A model generated the notes under the pieces. That model saw only the letters and a list, made by a program, of their open reading frames with translations, ran no database searches and had not been told where the DNA came from. A program made the position numbers and the translations under genes. A DNA stretch of 34,750 nucleotides from a virus (taxonomy: Duplodnaviria; Caudoviricetes). The stretch spans positions 1-34,750 of IMG/VR virus record IMGVR_UViG_3300038530_002024. One strand, given 5' to 3'. Below, one piece after another: positions 16,411 through 26,132 of the stretch (within the stretch, counting starts at the first letter, position 1; every line of letters begins with the position of its first letter).

Positions 16411-16922
16411 TACTCTACCCCATTCGCAAATTCTACCATAGATATAAAACCATCTTCTGATTCTAATAATGCTTCTATGAATTTTGTTCTATTTTCTTCT
16501 GATAAACAATCAATAGTATATACTAATTGTTCAGCTAACTCTGGAGTTAGTACGACTTCTGAATCGTCGTTTAAATGTAAAGGTTGTTCTGCATCTACTT
16601 CAGCAATGTCTAATAGTTGCTCAATAAGGTCTTGTTCTACATTGAACTCCTCATAAGCTACTTTTTCAGCATCTTTATCAAGTCCCGCGATCTTAGACTT
16701 ATCCTTTTTCATATTTCTAGCATTAAGAGTATCCATATTCTCTTTACCAGTAGGATGATCTAGTTCTAAGACATTATCGGTATGCTTTTTCTTCCAGTTG
16801 ATTTCGCCTTCCGCTTTACCACGACCATGATGAGCGTGAGGACCATCCTCTACATCGCTTGATCCTACCGGCATATTAGGTAGGTGATTAGAAGCTTCTA
16901 AAATTTGTTTAAGTGTCTTCAT
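16410..16922 (-). CDS. Prohead core protein (gp68-like by position)
   Basis: Synteny gp20-gp67-gp68-gp21; acidic C-terminal domain LSEENR.KF...L.ES..GF. Confidence 0.6.
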   Translation of the reverse strand: MKTLKQILEASNHLPNMPVGSSDVEDGPHAHHGRGKAEGEINWKKKHTDNVLELDHPTGKENMDTLNARNMKKDKSKIAGLDKDAEKVAYEEFNVEQDLIEQLLDIAEVDAEQPLHLNDDSEVVLTPELAEQLVYTIDCLSEENRTKFIEALLESEDGFISMVEFANGVE

Positions 16923-17400
16923 TAGGTTCCTCTTCCTCTTCTGATTCTTCTGGCTGTTCTTCCTCTACTTCATCTTCTACTTCTACATCATCACCATCTT
17001 GACTACTTTCGGGATCCTCCCCGTCTTCATCAGCTTGTGGAACTTCTTCCACGTCTTCTTCATTACTTTCGCCATCTTCTTCTCCTTCTAATTCGTCAAC
17101 AACGGAATCCATTTCTTCATCTGATTCATCTGAGTCTAGAGCTGCTTCCATTTCTTCTTCAGAAGGATCAGCTGCTAACTCATCATCAGATAACTCTTCG
17201 TTATCTTGTCGCGAAATAGCTTGGTCACCAAACATATCTTTATGTAAGGCTTCTCTTTTACCACCTATGAGATCACTCACACGTGATAGCATTTCATTAT
17301 CGAAAGCTCCTTGAACTGTTGCAGGCTTATCTCCTACAGCGTTCTTTATAATGTCGTCGATGTTAACATCGCTCTTATTTGTCAATTCAGGTTCAGCCAT
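16909..17400 (-). CDS. Highly acidic prohead core protein (gp67-like by position)
   Basis: Follows the portal gene; long Asp/Glu-rich C-terminus. Confidence 0.65.
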   Translation of the reverse strand: MAEPELTNKSDVNIDDIIKNAVGDKPATVQGAFDNEMLSRVSDLIGGKREALHKDMFGDQAISRQDNEELSDDELAADPSEEEMEAALDSDESDEEMDSVVDELEGEEDGESNEEDVEEVPQADEDGEDPESSQDGDDVEVEDEVEEEQPEESEEEEEPNEDT

Positions 17401-17422
17401 TTTCTATCTCCATTATATTTAT

Positions 17423-17430
17423 TATTTATA
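17423..17430 (-). promoter_or_regulatory. T4-type late promoter
   Basis: Exact TATAAATA overlapping the gp20 stop codon. Confidence 0.75.
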
Positions 17431-19015
17431 CGTTTTCTCCACCAGGCTGACCACCTTCTGGCTCTTCTGGTTGTTGATTCCATGGAGCATCTGGTTGGCC
17501 ACCGCCGCCGGGACCGTAATCTGATTCATCGCCTTGTTCAGCTTGCATCTCAGATTTCATATCATTGATCTCTTCTTCGTTCTGATGCAATACATTTCTT
17601 CTTACCCATTCTTTAGAATAGTAAGTACCTGTATGACTCTCTATATCATTAAGAATCTGTAGTCTTTCTCTAACCATTTCAGAGTTTTTAAGCTCTGCAA
17701 AATGATTATCTTCTACGAAGTCATACTTTACGTATTGATTAAGTACGGACCATTCGTCCATAGTTACAATACCTTTTAAGACTAATTGCTTTTCTAATAT
17801 CTTATTAAATAAAATACTAAACTTAAGTCTAAGTCTTCTTATAAATTTATTAAATTTAAGTTCATCTCTAGATATTTCTGAAGCTCTTCCTAAAGTAAAA
17901 CCAGCTTCTGGTTCTAATCTACTTATAGGAACGTTTAATGAACGATATAATTTCTTTTTAAAGTATTCTATATCTTCCATTTCACCTAGGTTTTGACCGC
18001 CAGGTAGAGTAGTTATTTCAGTACCTCTACCACCTTCTCTTCTAGGTAGCCAGAAATCTTCCATCATGGTCATAAACTTTCTATCGTCTCTTATTTCACC
18101 TGATGCTGCATCATAGACTAATCTATTCTTATGCTTGGTCATCATATCTCTAAGATATTGCTCTGCTTTCATCTTAGGTAGATTACCTACATCAATATAA
18201 AATATTCTTCTCTCAGGAGCTCTTGAAATTCTATAAATTACGCTTGCGTCTTCCAAAACTTGTAATTGATTTAAAGGCTTGATTGCTTTATGTAGATGTG
18301 ATAATACCATCTTATTGTATTCATCTACGAGACCTGATGTACAATGAACGATGCTGTCTTTAGCGATTTTCAGACCTTGAGCGCCACCGGCAGCTATTGG
18401 GTCTGGAGTTGCGTAGGCTTTACTATGAAATCCTTTATCATTATAAAGATAAAACTCTTTTACAACTTTGACAACTTGGAAATTTCCTTGTTTCTGTTTT
18501 TTTGTTTCTCTGACCTTTCGAATTTTTCTAGGGTCAATATATCTTAATTCTTGTATACCTGCTGATGGATCTTTTTCATCTATGATAGCATGATAGTATA
18601 ATCTACCATCTACATACCATTTACGAAAGATCTCATATCCCGAATTAGATAAAAATAGCAATTCGCTAGCTTGCTTAAATTCATCTTTGATTAGTTTTTT
18701 AACCCTTGCAGGTAATTCAACCGAGTCAAGATTAATATCTACAACTGGTTGAGTAGGGTCACTTATTATTGTTTCATTAATAATATCATCAATTGCATGC
18801 TCTACTTCGGGCATTAGAGACATACGTCTATATCTAGTAACTAGTTCGGCTTCATTTTTAGCCGTTCCTTCTAAATCCACATAGGTGCCATACATGCCAC
18901 CCATAGAATTAATATTGACTGCACCGTCATCAAATTCTGGTTTTACAAAGGACTTAGGTTCAGGTGCTGAATTTGCACCTGCTCGTTTAATTTCAAAGCC
19001 GAATAATTCCGCCAT
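17426..19015 (-). CDS. gp20: Portal vertex protein
   Basis: LFGFEI, WYVDGRLYYH, IYRISRAPERRIFYIDVGNLPK.KAEQYL, EDFWLPRREGGRGTEITTLPGGQNLG. Confidence 0.99.
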   Translation of the reverse strand: MAELFGFEIKRAGANSAPEPKSFVKPEFDDGAVNINSMGGMYGTYVDLEGTAKNEAELVTRYRRMSLMPEVEHAIDDIINETIISDPTQPVVDINLDSVELPARVKKLIKDEFKQASELLFLSNSGYEIFRKWYVDGRLYYHAIIDEKDPSAGIQELRYIDPRKIRKVRETKKQKQGNFQVVKVVKEFYLYNDKGFHSKAYATPDPIAAGGAQGLKIAKDSIVHCTSGLVDEYNKMVLSHLHKAIKPLNQLQVLEDASVIYRISRAPERRIFYIDVGNLPKMKAEQYLRDMMTKHKNRLVYDAASGEIRDDRKFMTMMEDFWLPRREGGRGTEITTLPGGQNLGEMEDIEYFKKKLYRSLNVPISRLEPEAGFTLGRASEISRDELKFNKFIRRLRLKFSILFNKILEKQLVLKGIVTMDEWSVLNQYVKYDFVEDNHFAELKNSEMVRERLQILNDIESHTGTYYSKEWVRRNVLHQNEEEINDMKSEMQAEQGDESDYGPGGGGQPDAPWNQQPEEPEGGQPGGENV

Positions 19016-19034
19016 TAGATCTCCATTACAAAGT

Positions 19035-19072
19035 TATAGAAGGGCATTGAGCGCCCTTCTATATTATTTAGG
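19035..19072 (-). promoter_or_regulatory. CCTAAATA late-promoter variant followed by an 11-bp hairpin between gp19 and gp20
   Basis: TATAGAAGGGC/GCCCTTCTATA stem at 19035-19063 with a 7-nt loop and only a weak U-tract; CCTAAATA at 19065-19072. Confidence 0.6.
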
Positions 19073-19075
19073 TTA

Positions 19076-19621
19076 CTAAGTTCCAGCAGTGCCTGTAGCG
19101 CCGCTAACTGTCCAGTAATCGTATTGAAAAGTGATATCGAACTGTTGAATCTCATCTATTGACTCCCATGATACTGGTATCTCTGCTAAGTCTGTTGGGA
19201 ATATACCTACAAACTTATACTCTCTTATTGGAGCACCAGTTTTAGAGAATTGAGTAACTGTTGCATCAGTTTTATAATCTGATGGTCCAGCCGCTGCAAA
19301 CTCTCTTAAGTTTTCTACATGGCTGTTAATAGCATTCATCCACTCTTCCATAGCATTTCTGATAAGAAAATCTTCATCGTTTATAACAGTTACGTTCCAA
19401 GGAGCAAATTGCCTGTTACCTGCGATTTTAAATTTTCTTCCGAAGTATGGAACCTCTACAAAACCAATAGCCGAAGCTGGTAATTGAGAAGCTTTTATCA
19501 TGAATGGAGATTTCAGGTCTCCTGCACCGTTAGCTGGATTGTTAATTCTGACTTGGAATAGAGCACTTCTAGCACCACCAAGTACTAACTGGGATCTAAT
19601 TTCATTAATATTAAATGCCAT
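19076..19621 (-). CDS. gp19: Tail tube protein
   Basis: GGAR..LF.V, LPAS.IG.VEVPY.GR..K.AG.R.F..W..TV.NDEDF.IR...E.W, F...FQYDYW. Confidence 0.97.
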   Translation of the reverse strand: MAFNINEIRSQLVLGGARSALFQVRINNPANGAGDLKSPFMIKASQLPASAIGFVEVPYFGRKFKIAGNRQFAPWNVTVINDEDFLIRNAMEEWMNAINSHVENLREFAAAGPSDYKTDATVTQFSKTGAPIREYKFVGIFPTDLAEIPVSWESIDEIQQFDITFQYDYWTVSGATGTAGT

Positions 19622-19631
19622 CTCTTACTCC

Positions 19632-21716
19632 TTAAAATTTACCAACTACTTCACTAAACTCTACTCCTGACCTTACGGCTACAAAGTTAAGCTGAATGAA
19701 GTTAATAGATCTTGCAGGTTTCACGTAAATGTCTCCAACAAATTCGTTTCTATCTATGACTTCGCCTGTATTGTTTGAACTATCGCAAACAACTCTAAAG
19801 TCAAAGATACCTCTTCTTCCTTGTACATCTCTTAAGAAAGGCTCTACTAAGTTAACAAACTGAGCTCTTGTAAACTCATCGTTATATTCGAACAATGAGA
19901 ACTTAGCTGCTGTGCTAATTGCCTTTTCTAGTACTATGAATAAACGTCTTACGTTAATTCTATCGAATGCACTAGGCTTGTTTAATAGTGTTTTGTCACC
20001 AAATAATATTGTTCCTTGGCCTGGGAATGAAACAACTGGGTTAATTCCGTTCTTATAGAGAAGATCTCTAAAAGCAAGCTGAGGATTAAATGCTAATTTA
20101 ACAACATTTTTAATTTGACCTCTGTTGAAACCACCTGGTGAGAACCAAGCATCTCTTTCTACGTCTGTTCTAGCACTTAGACCGGCCATATCACCGTTAA
20201 GAGGTACGTATCTATATACGTCACTATACTTATCGTATTGATATTTATAACCACTGTCTAGTATACCGTAAGAAGAACTACGTGCAGAGTTTCTAAAGGC
20301 GACAATGTTGTCCGCTGCTGTTGAAGCGTTTGTGACTCCTACAACGTCTGCTCTATCAGGTGAACCGAATACAACACAATCTTTTCTTACTTCACAGATA
20401 TTATCTATGATATAGTTAAGAAGTGCTTCTCCGTTACTTCCACCTACTGCTTTTCCTACCATCATTAAAGATACATCTACATCGGAAGAGTCTTTGAATA
20501 GATCGTAACCTTTTGAAAGATCTCCTAATGAGATAGCTCCTTCATTGTTACCATCAGCTCCACCATTGAATAAATATCTTCTTGGTAATGCAGTTGATAA
20601 AGCTGTCATATTCGCAGCTGTATTTGAATATGATGCCCCACCTGGATGAGCAATACTATATGCCCATGAAGAGCCGTCATCTATTTTAGTTTTAAAGAAA
20701 ATAGTTTCTCCAGACTCATTCTTAGCGTCTGTGGCTCTAGAAACAGCTGGGTATGTTTCTAAAATTGTATTCTTAGTTCCAGTAATATCTCCGTCTTCGT
20801 CAATGACTACTATATGTAATTCATCTCCTGCGCCACCTTTTTCTTCAACAAATGAAGATGTTCCAGGGGCGTTATCGAAGCTATTGAAATATTTCCAGAA
20901 TCTCTGTATAAGTTTGTTATCGAAATCGCTACCTAATGTGAACCTCGAATCAAATGTAACTGTTCTTGATAATGTTGCTACACCGCCATCTACGGCAAAT
21001 GTATCTGAGCTGTTGGCTGCGAAAGATTTAATTGAGATCTTTTGTTCTCCAATTGAACTATTACCTACTTGTATTAAATCTCCTACGTTCAAGTCTGCTA
21101 CTACTGCATCAGCTAAAACTGTAAGCGCTGTATTTGTTATACCTGCGCCTGAACCAACAATCTTTAACGTAGCATTAGCATTTCCTACTGTAAAGAATAG
21201 TCCAGTACCTGTAGCATTGATGCTAGCATGAGCTGAAGACCCGCCTCCATGAGACACGTCAACGTTACTGCTCCAAGCATCAGTTGAATCACATACCTCA
21301 ACTCTTAAACCATTACCTCGGACGCCTGGGTATTTTGCTGCCCATATGTGGTCAGCATGAACCTGACTGACACCAGCTTCAAATTCGGTGTCATTCTTTA
21401 TAAGCATCCCTGTAGTGTTACCACCTGATAGGGCTCCAGTAGCATTTAATGCAGCACTCGATACTGTTCTGACAACAAATAATTTATTGCCATAGTTTAA
21501 AAAGTTTGATGCAGTGAAAAATGTTTCAAAGTTATCGCTGGTAGGCTCGCCAAAACGAGAGACTAGAGATGTTTCACTATCTACTAATACTCTTTCCTCG
21601 GCTGGGCCCCAGTTAAATACGCCTGCGATCGCTCCCTCTGTAGTAGAGACAGCAGGTACGACCGTAGTTAGGTCGACTTCGCTTACATTTACACCAGGAC
21701 TGACTTGAAATGCCAT
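19632..21716 (-). CDS. gp18: Contractile tail sheath protein
   Basis: SPGV.V.E.DLT, F.WGP, AKYPG..GN, WFSP.GFNRG, GDKT.....SAFDRINVRRLF, KPARSINFI.LNFVA. Confidence 0.98.
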   Translation of the reverse strand: MAFQVSPGVNVSEVDLTTVVPAVSTTEGAIAGVFNWGPAEERVLVDSETSLVSRFGEPTSDNFETFFTASNFLNYGNKLFVVRTVSSAALNATGALSGGNTTGMLIKNDTEFEAGVSQVHADHIWAAKYPGVRGNGLRVEVCDSTDAWSSNVDVSHGGGSSAHASINATGTGLFFTVGNANATLKIVGSGAGITNTALTVLADAVVADLNVGDLIQVGNSSIGEQKISIKSFAANSSDTFAVDGGVATLSRTVTFDSRFTLGSDFDNKLIQRFWKYFNSFDNAPGTSSFVEEKGGAGDELHIVVIDEDGDITGTKNTILETYPAVSRATDAKNESGETIFFKTKIDDGSSWAYSIAHPGGASYSNTAANMTALSTALPRRYLFNGGADGNNEGAISLGDLSKGYDLFKDSSDVDVSLMMVGKAVGGSNGEALLNYIIDNICEVRKDCVVFGSPDRADVVGVTNASTAADNIVAFRNSARSSSYGILDSGYKYQYDKYSDVYRYVPLNGDMAGLSARTDVERDAWFSPGGFNRGQIKNVVKLAFNPQLAFRDLLYKNGINPVVSFPGQGTILFGDKTLLNKPSAFDRINVRRLFIVLEKAISTAAKFSLFEYNDEFTRAQFVNLVEPFLRDVQGRRGIFDFRVVCDSSNNTGEVIDRNEFVGDIYVKPARSINFIQLNFVAVRSGVEFSEVVGKF

Positions 21717-21754
21717 GTTATGCTCCTCTATATAAAATCATAATAGTTTGATTA

Positions 21755-21762
21755 TATTTATA
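21755..21762 (-). promoter_or_regulatory. T4-type late promoter
   Basis: Exact TATAAATA upstream of gp18, followed by RBS GAGGAG. Confidence 0.8.
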
Positions 21763-21789
21763 CGTTCTTATAATTAGAAAACATATGTT

Positions 21790-23400
21790 TTACCAACTTG
21801 CTTCTTCTGCGTACCCATCTGGAACATTATAGTCTGCTTCCATTGATGTAACACCAAAAGGAAGTAGGTCTTGCTCTATATGTGCGCTTTGCTGATTAAC
21901 TAGATGTTTCCTTATATCAGAATTACTTAATTCCTTATAATGTTCTTGATTACTCAACCAACCAAACAGAACTAAGCACATGACTAAATCGTCATGATTA
22001 CCACCTTCTGCTTCGTAAGACTCAGCTTTTTGAACAAAGTGAGTTAGCTCATCAAGAATTTTAAAGTCATTTATAAACAGCTGATCGTTTTCGATCAGTG
22101 TCTTTAAATTTAGGCATCCTACCCTTTTGACTTGCTTAGTAGTTCTTACTCCAAAGTATTGAGAACCTGAACCAAATCCAGATGAAAGTACTTGACCAGC
22201 TCTACCTTTTCCTGCTGACATTAGTACATTATCTAACTCTAATTCATTATGTAAAGTTTCAACAACAGTCATACCTATATCATTAGATTCAACTAACATA
22301 TAAGCATTATTATATTCTTTATGAAATTGTGCTATAACTGTAGGAAAATTATATGGAGATATTTTATTATCTTGATATACAGCTACAACTTGATTAGGTA
22401 GTTCAGTAGTATCCACTACTACTATTGTTGAATAATCGTTATTAACTCCTCTTGCAGTATCTACCATTGCAAAATAAGTATGTCCTTCTTCAGGCTTTTT
22501 ATATATTCTAGTATGCTCATTTGAGAACTGAGCCTGCTTATATACTAATCTTTTTAGTACAGAAGGTGAAATAAGAGTATTAGATGATCCTATAAACTCA
22601 CACTCAAACTCTACTCTAAATTGATCAGCAGAAGTATTTTTAATGGTTTGTTCTTTCCAGGCTTCATCTCTTCCTGGGACATCTGACCAATGAACATCTA
22701 TTCTTTTATAATCATTTAATCCTTCTTCACTATCATTCCATAGTTTATAGAATAAATTTAAACCATTAGGTGTAGATGTTACTAGAACTTTAGATGTATT
22801 ACCAGATGAAATCGTAGGATATACTGAAGCGAAAAACTCTTCTTGTATATGCGTAGGTACGAAAGCGAACTCATCTAAGTAAATTAAGTTAAAAGATCCA
22901 CCTCTTATAGCAGATGCAGAAGTAGAAGCAGCTAATATTTTAGAACCATTTTCTAATTCTAAGTTACCTTTATTCCATTCTACTACTCCTAGTTGTAACC
23001 ATCTAGGTAAATGTTCATATGCTAATTGTATTCTTCCTAATATATCTCTTGATTGAGCTGATTTGTGAGCTAATATAGCAACATTAAATGTCTCATTAAA
23101 CATTATATACCAAAGGAGAACAGCTGCTATAGTAGTTGTCTTACCTGTTTGTCGAGGCATTTTACATATAACAAAACGCTCATCTTTAACTAACTCTATT
23201 ATATCTTTTTGAAAGTCATAAGGTTTAAAAGGAATTAAACCTTCATCTATATTTACTATTTGAATATATTTTGTAATAAAATAATATGGATCTTGAGAGC
23301 ATTTTACAAACTCTTTTATCTGATCCTCAGTAAAATCCTGAGCAACATTTGATCGCTTTAGGTTTGGATTACCTAGATAATTTTCTCTAACTTGACTCAT
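21790..23400 (-). CDS. gp17: Terminase large subunit
   Basis: YLGNPNLK, Walker A PRQTGKTT, Walker B LIYLDEFAF, STPNG, nuclease motifs VDTARG..DYS and HDDLVM. Confidence 0.99.
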   Translation of the reverse strand: MSQVRENYLGNPNLKRSNVAQDFTEDQIKEFVKCSQDPYYFITKYIQIVNIDEGLIPFKPYDFQKDIIELVKDERFVICKMPRQTGKTTTIAAVLLWYIMFNETFNVAILAHKSAQSRDILGRIQLAYEHLPRWLQLGVVEWNKGNLELENGSKILAASTSASAIRGGSFNLIYLDEFAFVPTHIQEEFFASVYPTISSGNTSKVLVTSTPNGLNLFYKLWNDSEEGLNDYKRIDVHWSDVPGRDEAWKEQTIKNTSADQFRVEFECEFIGSSNTLISPSVLKRLVYKQAQFSNEHTRIYKKPEEGHTYFAMVDTARGVNNDYSTIVVVDTTELPNQVVAVYQDNKISPYNFPTVIAQFHKEYNNAYMLVESNDIGMTVVETLHNELELDNVLMSAGKGRAGQVLSSGFGSGSQYFGVRTTKQVKRVGCLNLKTLIENDQLFINDFKILDELTHFVQKAESYEAEGGNHDDLVMCLVLFGWLSNQEHYKELSNSDIRKHLVNQQSAHIEQDLLPFGVTSMEADYNVPDGYAEEASW

Positions 23401-23785
23401 CTAATTGTTTTTTAACCAGCTTTTGCAGATCTCCTGTACTACCAACAAATAAAGTATTGTTTACAGTACTTGGTCCTTTTGGACCTCCTGCATTATTTTC
23501 TATTACTTGTTTCTTTTTACTTATATCCATTAATGCTATATTAGCATCAGATAAAGTTCTTACTAGAGTAGCTACTACTTCAAATGCTCTTGGGTGTTGA
23601 CTTTGCTGCGCAACTTGTAATAGTTCAGTTAATGCATGCGAGCCATTCTCTATAACTGCATATAGATTGCCACGAGCATATTCAAAGTCATTATCTAACT
23701 TTGAATCTTTAACTATCGTTTCTGCTTTTTGGATATCTTGTTTGAGTGGCTCAAGTTCAAGAAAATCCCCTATCTTATCATCCAT
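23387..23785 (-). CDS. gp16: Terminase small subunit
   Basis: DFEYAR.NL, A.QSQHPRAFEV, VNN.LFVGST.DLQK. Confidence 0.95.
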   Translation of the reverse strand: MDDKIGDFLELEPLKQDIQKAETIVKDSKLDNDFEYARGNLYAVIENGSHALTELLQVAQQSQHPRAFEVVATLVRTLSDANIALMDISKKKQVIENNAGGPKGPSTVNNTLFVGSTGDLQKLVKKQLDESS

Positions 23786-24611
23786 TAAAAGTATTCGCCA
23801 TTACGTGACCATAATTATCATTTGCGCTAACGCTATCAGTATTTATGGCTACTGAAGCATTAGAGGTCGGGTTACCATTAGCATCTAAGCCTGGTGTTAT
23901 AACAATCTTCGATACCGGAGTATCATTCTTAAGATCAAATACACCTTCAGCTGATGGGTCAACATGAAATTGTGTATTAGCTTTCTTAATAACTCCTTTT
24001 CTATCTTTAATAGGACCAAATACATATCCTTTTACCAAAAATTGTAGAGTATGTATTAGTTGTCTTCTTTGAGTAAAATCAGCTTCGTACTGGTCCATAG
24101 AAGTTAATCCTTCAAATACAACTGGTACATCAAACTTTAGATCAGGCATATCGTCTAATAATTTTAATGTAGCTGTATATTCAGGAGTAAAGAAAGGTAA
24201 TATTTGTTCTAGTATTTTTACACCATCTTCAGCATTTCTTACTGCTATATTTAATTCAAAACCTATATTGAAAGGTTGAGGTGTATAAACTGATAATAAA
24301 TTAAAAGTAGTATCATCTTTAGCTTGATAAATTCTTCTATTCGGATTCATTCTCCTTTCAGGATCATAATTAAAAGAAGTCATTTCAAATGACATTCTTG
24401 GTAATTGAATAGCTACTTGTCTATCTAAATTAGGATCGACATCATTACGCATCAAGTATTTCTGTCTTGGACCGTAATGAATAGGTACTCTTAGTTCTTG
24501 AATTACAGTACCAGATGAATTAGTTCTATCTATTTCTATACCATTAAATAGAGTACCAAAGTATATTACATACTTTCTAATAACATTATTGTAAAACTTA
24601 TCTCCAAACAT
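23778..24611 (-). CDS. gp15: Tail sheath stabiliser / completion protein
   Basis: FY...IRKY.IYFGTLFN, VPI.YGP.QK, LPRMSFE, EQILPFF.P. Confidence 0.95.
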   Translation of the reverse strand: MFGDKFYNNVIRKYVIYFGTLFNGIEIDRTNSSGTVIQELRVPIHYGPRQKYLMRNDVDPNLDRQVAIQLPRMSFEMTSFNYDPERRMNPNRRIYQAKDDTTFNLLSVYTPQPFNIGFELNIAVRNAEDGVKILEQILPFFTPEYTATLKLLDDMPDLKFDVPVVFEGLTSMDQYEADFTQRRQLIHTLQFLVKGYVFGPIKDRKGVIKKANTQFHVDPSAEGVFDLKNDTPVSKIVITPGLDANGNPTSNASVAINTDSVSANDNYGHVMANTFNG

Positions 24612-25378
24612 TAGAAGTCATTCTCCGAGAATGGATTAATTTCACTAAAGTCTATAAATCCATCTGCTGTATCTTCAAAGAAGTCTGAAGTATCTGCTTT
24701 ATCAGTTGTTCTCTTACTGAAGCTATCATTGAATATATCTTCTCCAGACTCAGTAGTAAGAGTACTTCCTGCTTCAGTAGTAACATGTAAAGTTGTTAAT
24801 TGTTTGTCTTGTGATAGAGTTGTTTCTATAGCATCTATAACTGCTATACCAGTACTAAATCTTTCATTAGAGTATTCAAATTTCTCTAATGATATATCAT
24901 ATGTTTGTAAATTTCCTAATTGATAAAATACTGATTCGTTTTCTACATATTTAACTTCAAAAAGAGCTCCTATTTCATTTTCGATAGAACCTCTTACCCA
25001 AGGGAAGAATATAAGATCACCTTCTCTTGGTCTAGTAATAGAAGGATTAAACTCTTCTACTTCTTCTTGGAATCTTTTTCTTGCAATAGTAATGTTTATT
25101 TGATCTCTTATTTCAAGACCAAACTTAGACATAAACTTACCTTCACCTTCATAGCCTTCAACTGATCGTATATAAATTTCTAAAGGATAGTTAGCGTCAA
25201 ACTTAGAAAGAACTGCTTCACCATATAGTAAATCAGTCTCTACTCTATTTCTAGGAAGATAAAAAGCGTCTTGGCCATAGATCTGAATAGCCTCTATGAC
25301 TAGATCATCAATTAAACGTTGCTCGCCAGAAGCCTCGTAATTTTGAAAGTAGTTTGATCTATGTGAGTTTGTTGGCAT
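24611..25378 (-). CDS. gp14: Neck protein
   Basis: EQ.LI.DLV.E.IQIYG.D..YLPR, SKFGLEIRD, RPREGDLIFFP, DFSE.NPF. Confidence 0.95.
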   Translation of the reverse strand: MPTNSHRSNYFQNYEASGEQRLIDDLVIEAIQIYGQDAFYLPRNRVETDLLYGEAVLSKFDANYPLEIYIRSVEGYEGEGKFMSKFGLEIRDQINITIARKRFQEEVEEFNPSITRPREGDLIFFPWVRGSIENEIGALFEVKYVENESVFYQLGNLQTYDISLEKFEYSNERFSTGIAVIDAIETTLSQDKQLTTLHVTTEAGSTLTTESGEDIFNDSFSKRTTDKADTSDFFEDTADGFIDFSEINPFSENDF

Positions 25379-25382
25379 AGCA

Positions 25383-26129
25383 TTATCCGATCATGTCTGA
25401 TACTGGTAAGCTGTAGCTAGAGAGCATTTCTTGCTCTAATGCTTGAATTTGAGCTAAAGCATCTTCCATTATCTTGTCTCCGTTAAATTGAACACCACCA
25501 GGAAGCTGCATGCCACTAAACTTACTAATATTTGATCCCCATTGATACTTAATCTTTTCAGTTGCATAATTTTGCAACCATCTGTCTTTCCAGACATCAG
25601 CGTAAGTAGTAGGATCAACTATTTGATAAGCTTCGGCGATAATATATTCGCCAGCTTGCATCTTATCCCAGTCCATGTCTACATATAATCTATTTATATG
25701 CCTATTATATCTTATAGGTTGCCTACCGACTAATAGCTCCTCTATAAATCGGATATGCATCATATTAGTATAATAAGTCACAAGAGACTGATTAAAAGAA
25801 GTCAGATCATACAAGTCGTTTAATGCGATTTGATATCTAATATTGAAAAGGTTGTTTGTTGATAATGCATCACCAATGTCGAAAATTCTAACTACTCCTA
25901 TTATATTTTCAGGAACAGTCAAATATCTATTAGTTATATCATCAGCTGTAATAGTCCATTTATAAAATGTTCTTTCAGAGCCGTCAAAATGATAATCCCA
26001 ATAGTAAGACAAAGACTCATCAATACGGTCTTCGACTTGCATATCTTCTACATTGACTTCGATTACAGGAAAGCCTATCTTTCTAAGGCAGTAATCTTTA
26101 AATTCGTTTCTACTTGTTGGTTGGGCCAT
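25383..26129 (-). CDS. gp13: Neck protein
   Basis: YCLR.IG.PVIEVNV...Q..DRIDE, K.QWG.N..KF.GMQLPGGV..NG. Confidence 0.95.
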   Translation of the reverse strand: MAQPTSRNEFKDYCLRKIGFPVIEVNVEDMQVEDRIDESLSYYWDYHFDGSERTFYKWTITADDITNRYLTVPENIIGVVRIFDIGDALSTNNLFNIRYQIALNDLYDLTSFNQSLVTYYTNMMHIRFIEELLVGRQPIRYNRHINRLYVDMDWDKMQAGEYIIAEAYQIVDPTTYADVWKDRWLQNYATEKIKYQWGSNISKFSGMQLPGGVQFNGDKIMEDALAQIQALEQEMLSSYSLPVSDMIG

Positions 26130-26132
26130 TTA

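Noticed and set aside
4555-23400. Introns, inteins or homing endonucleases in gp46, uvsW, gp20 or gp17
   Set aside because: All are uninterrupted and of normal length; no intein or endonuclease motifs were seen.
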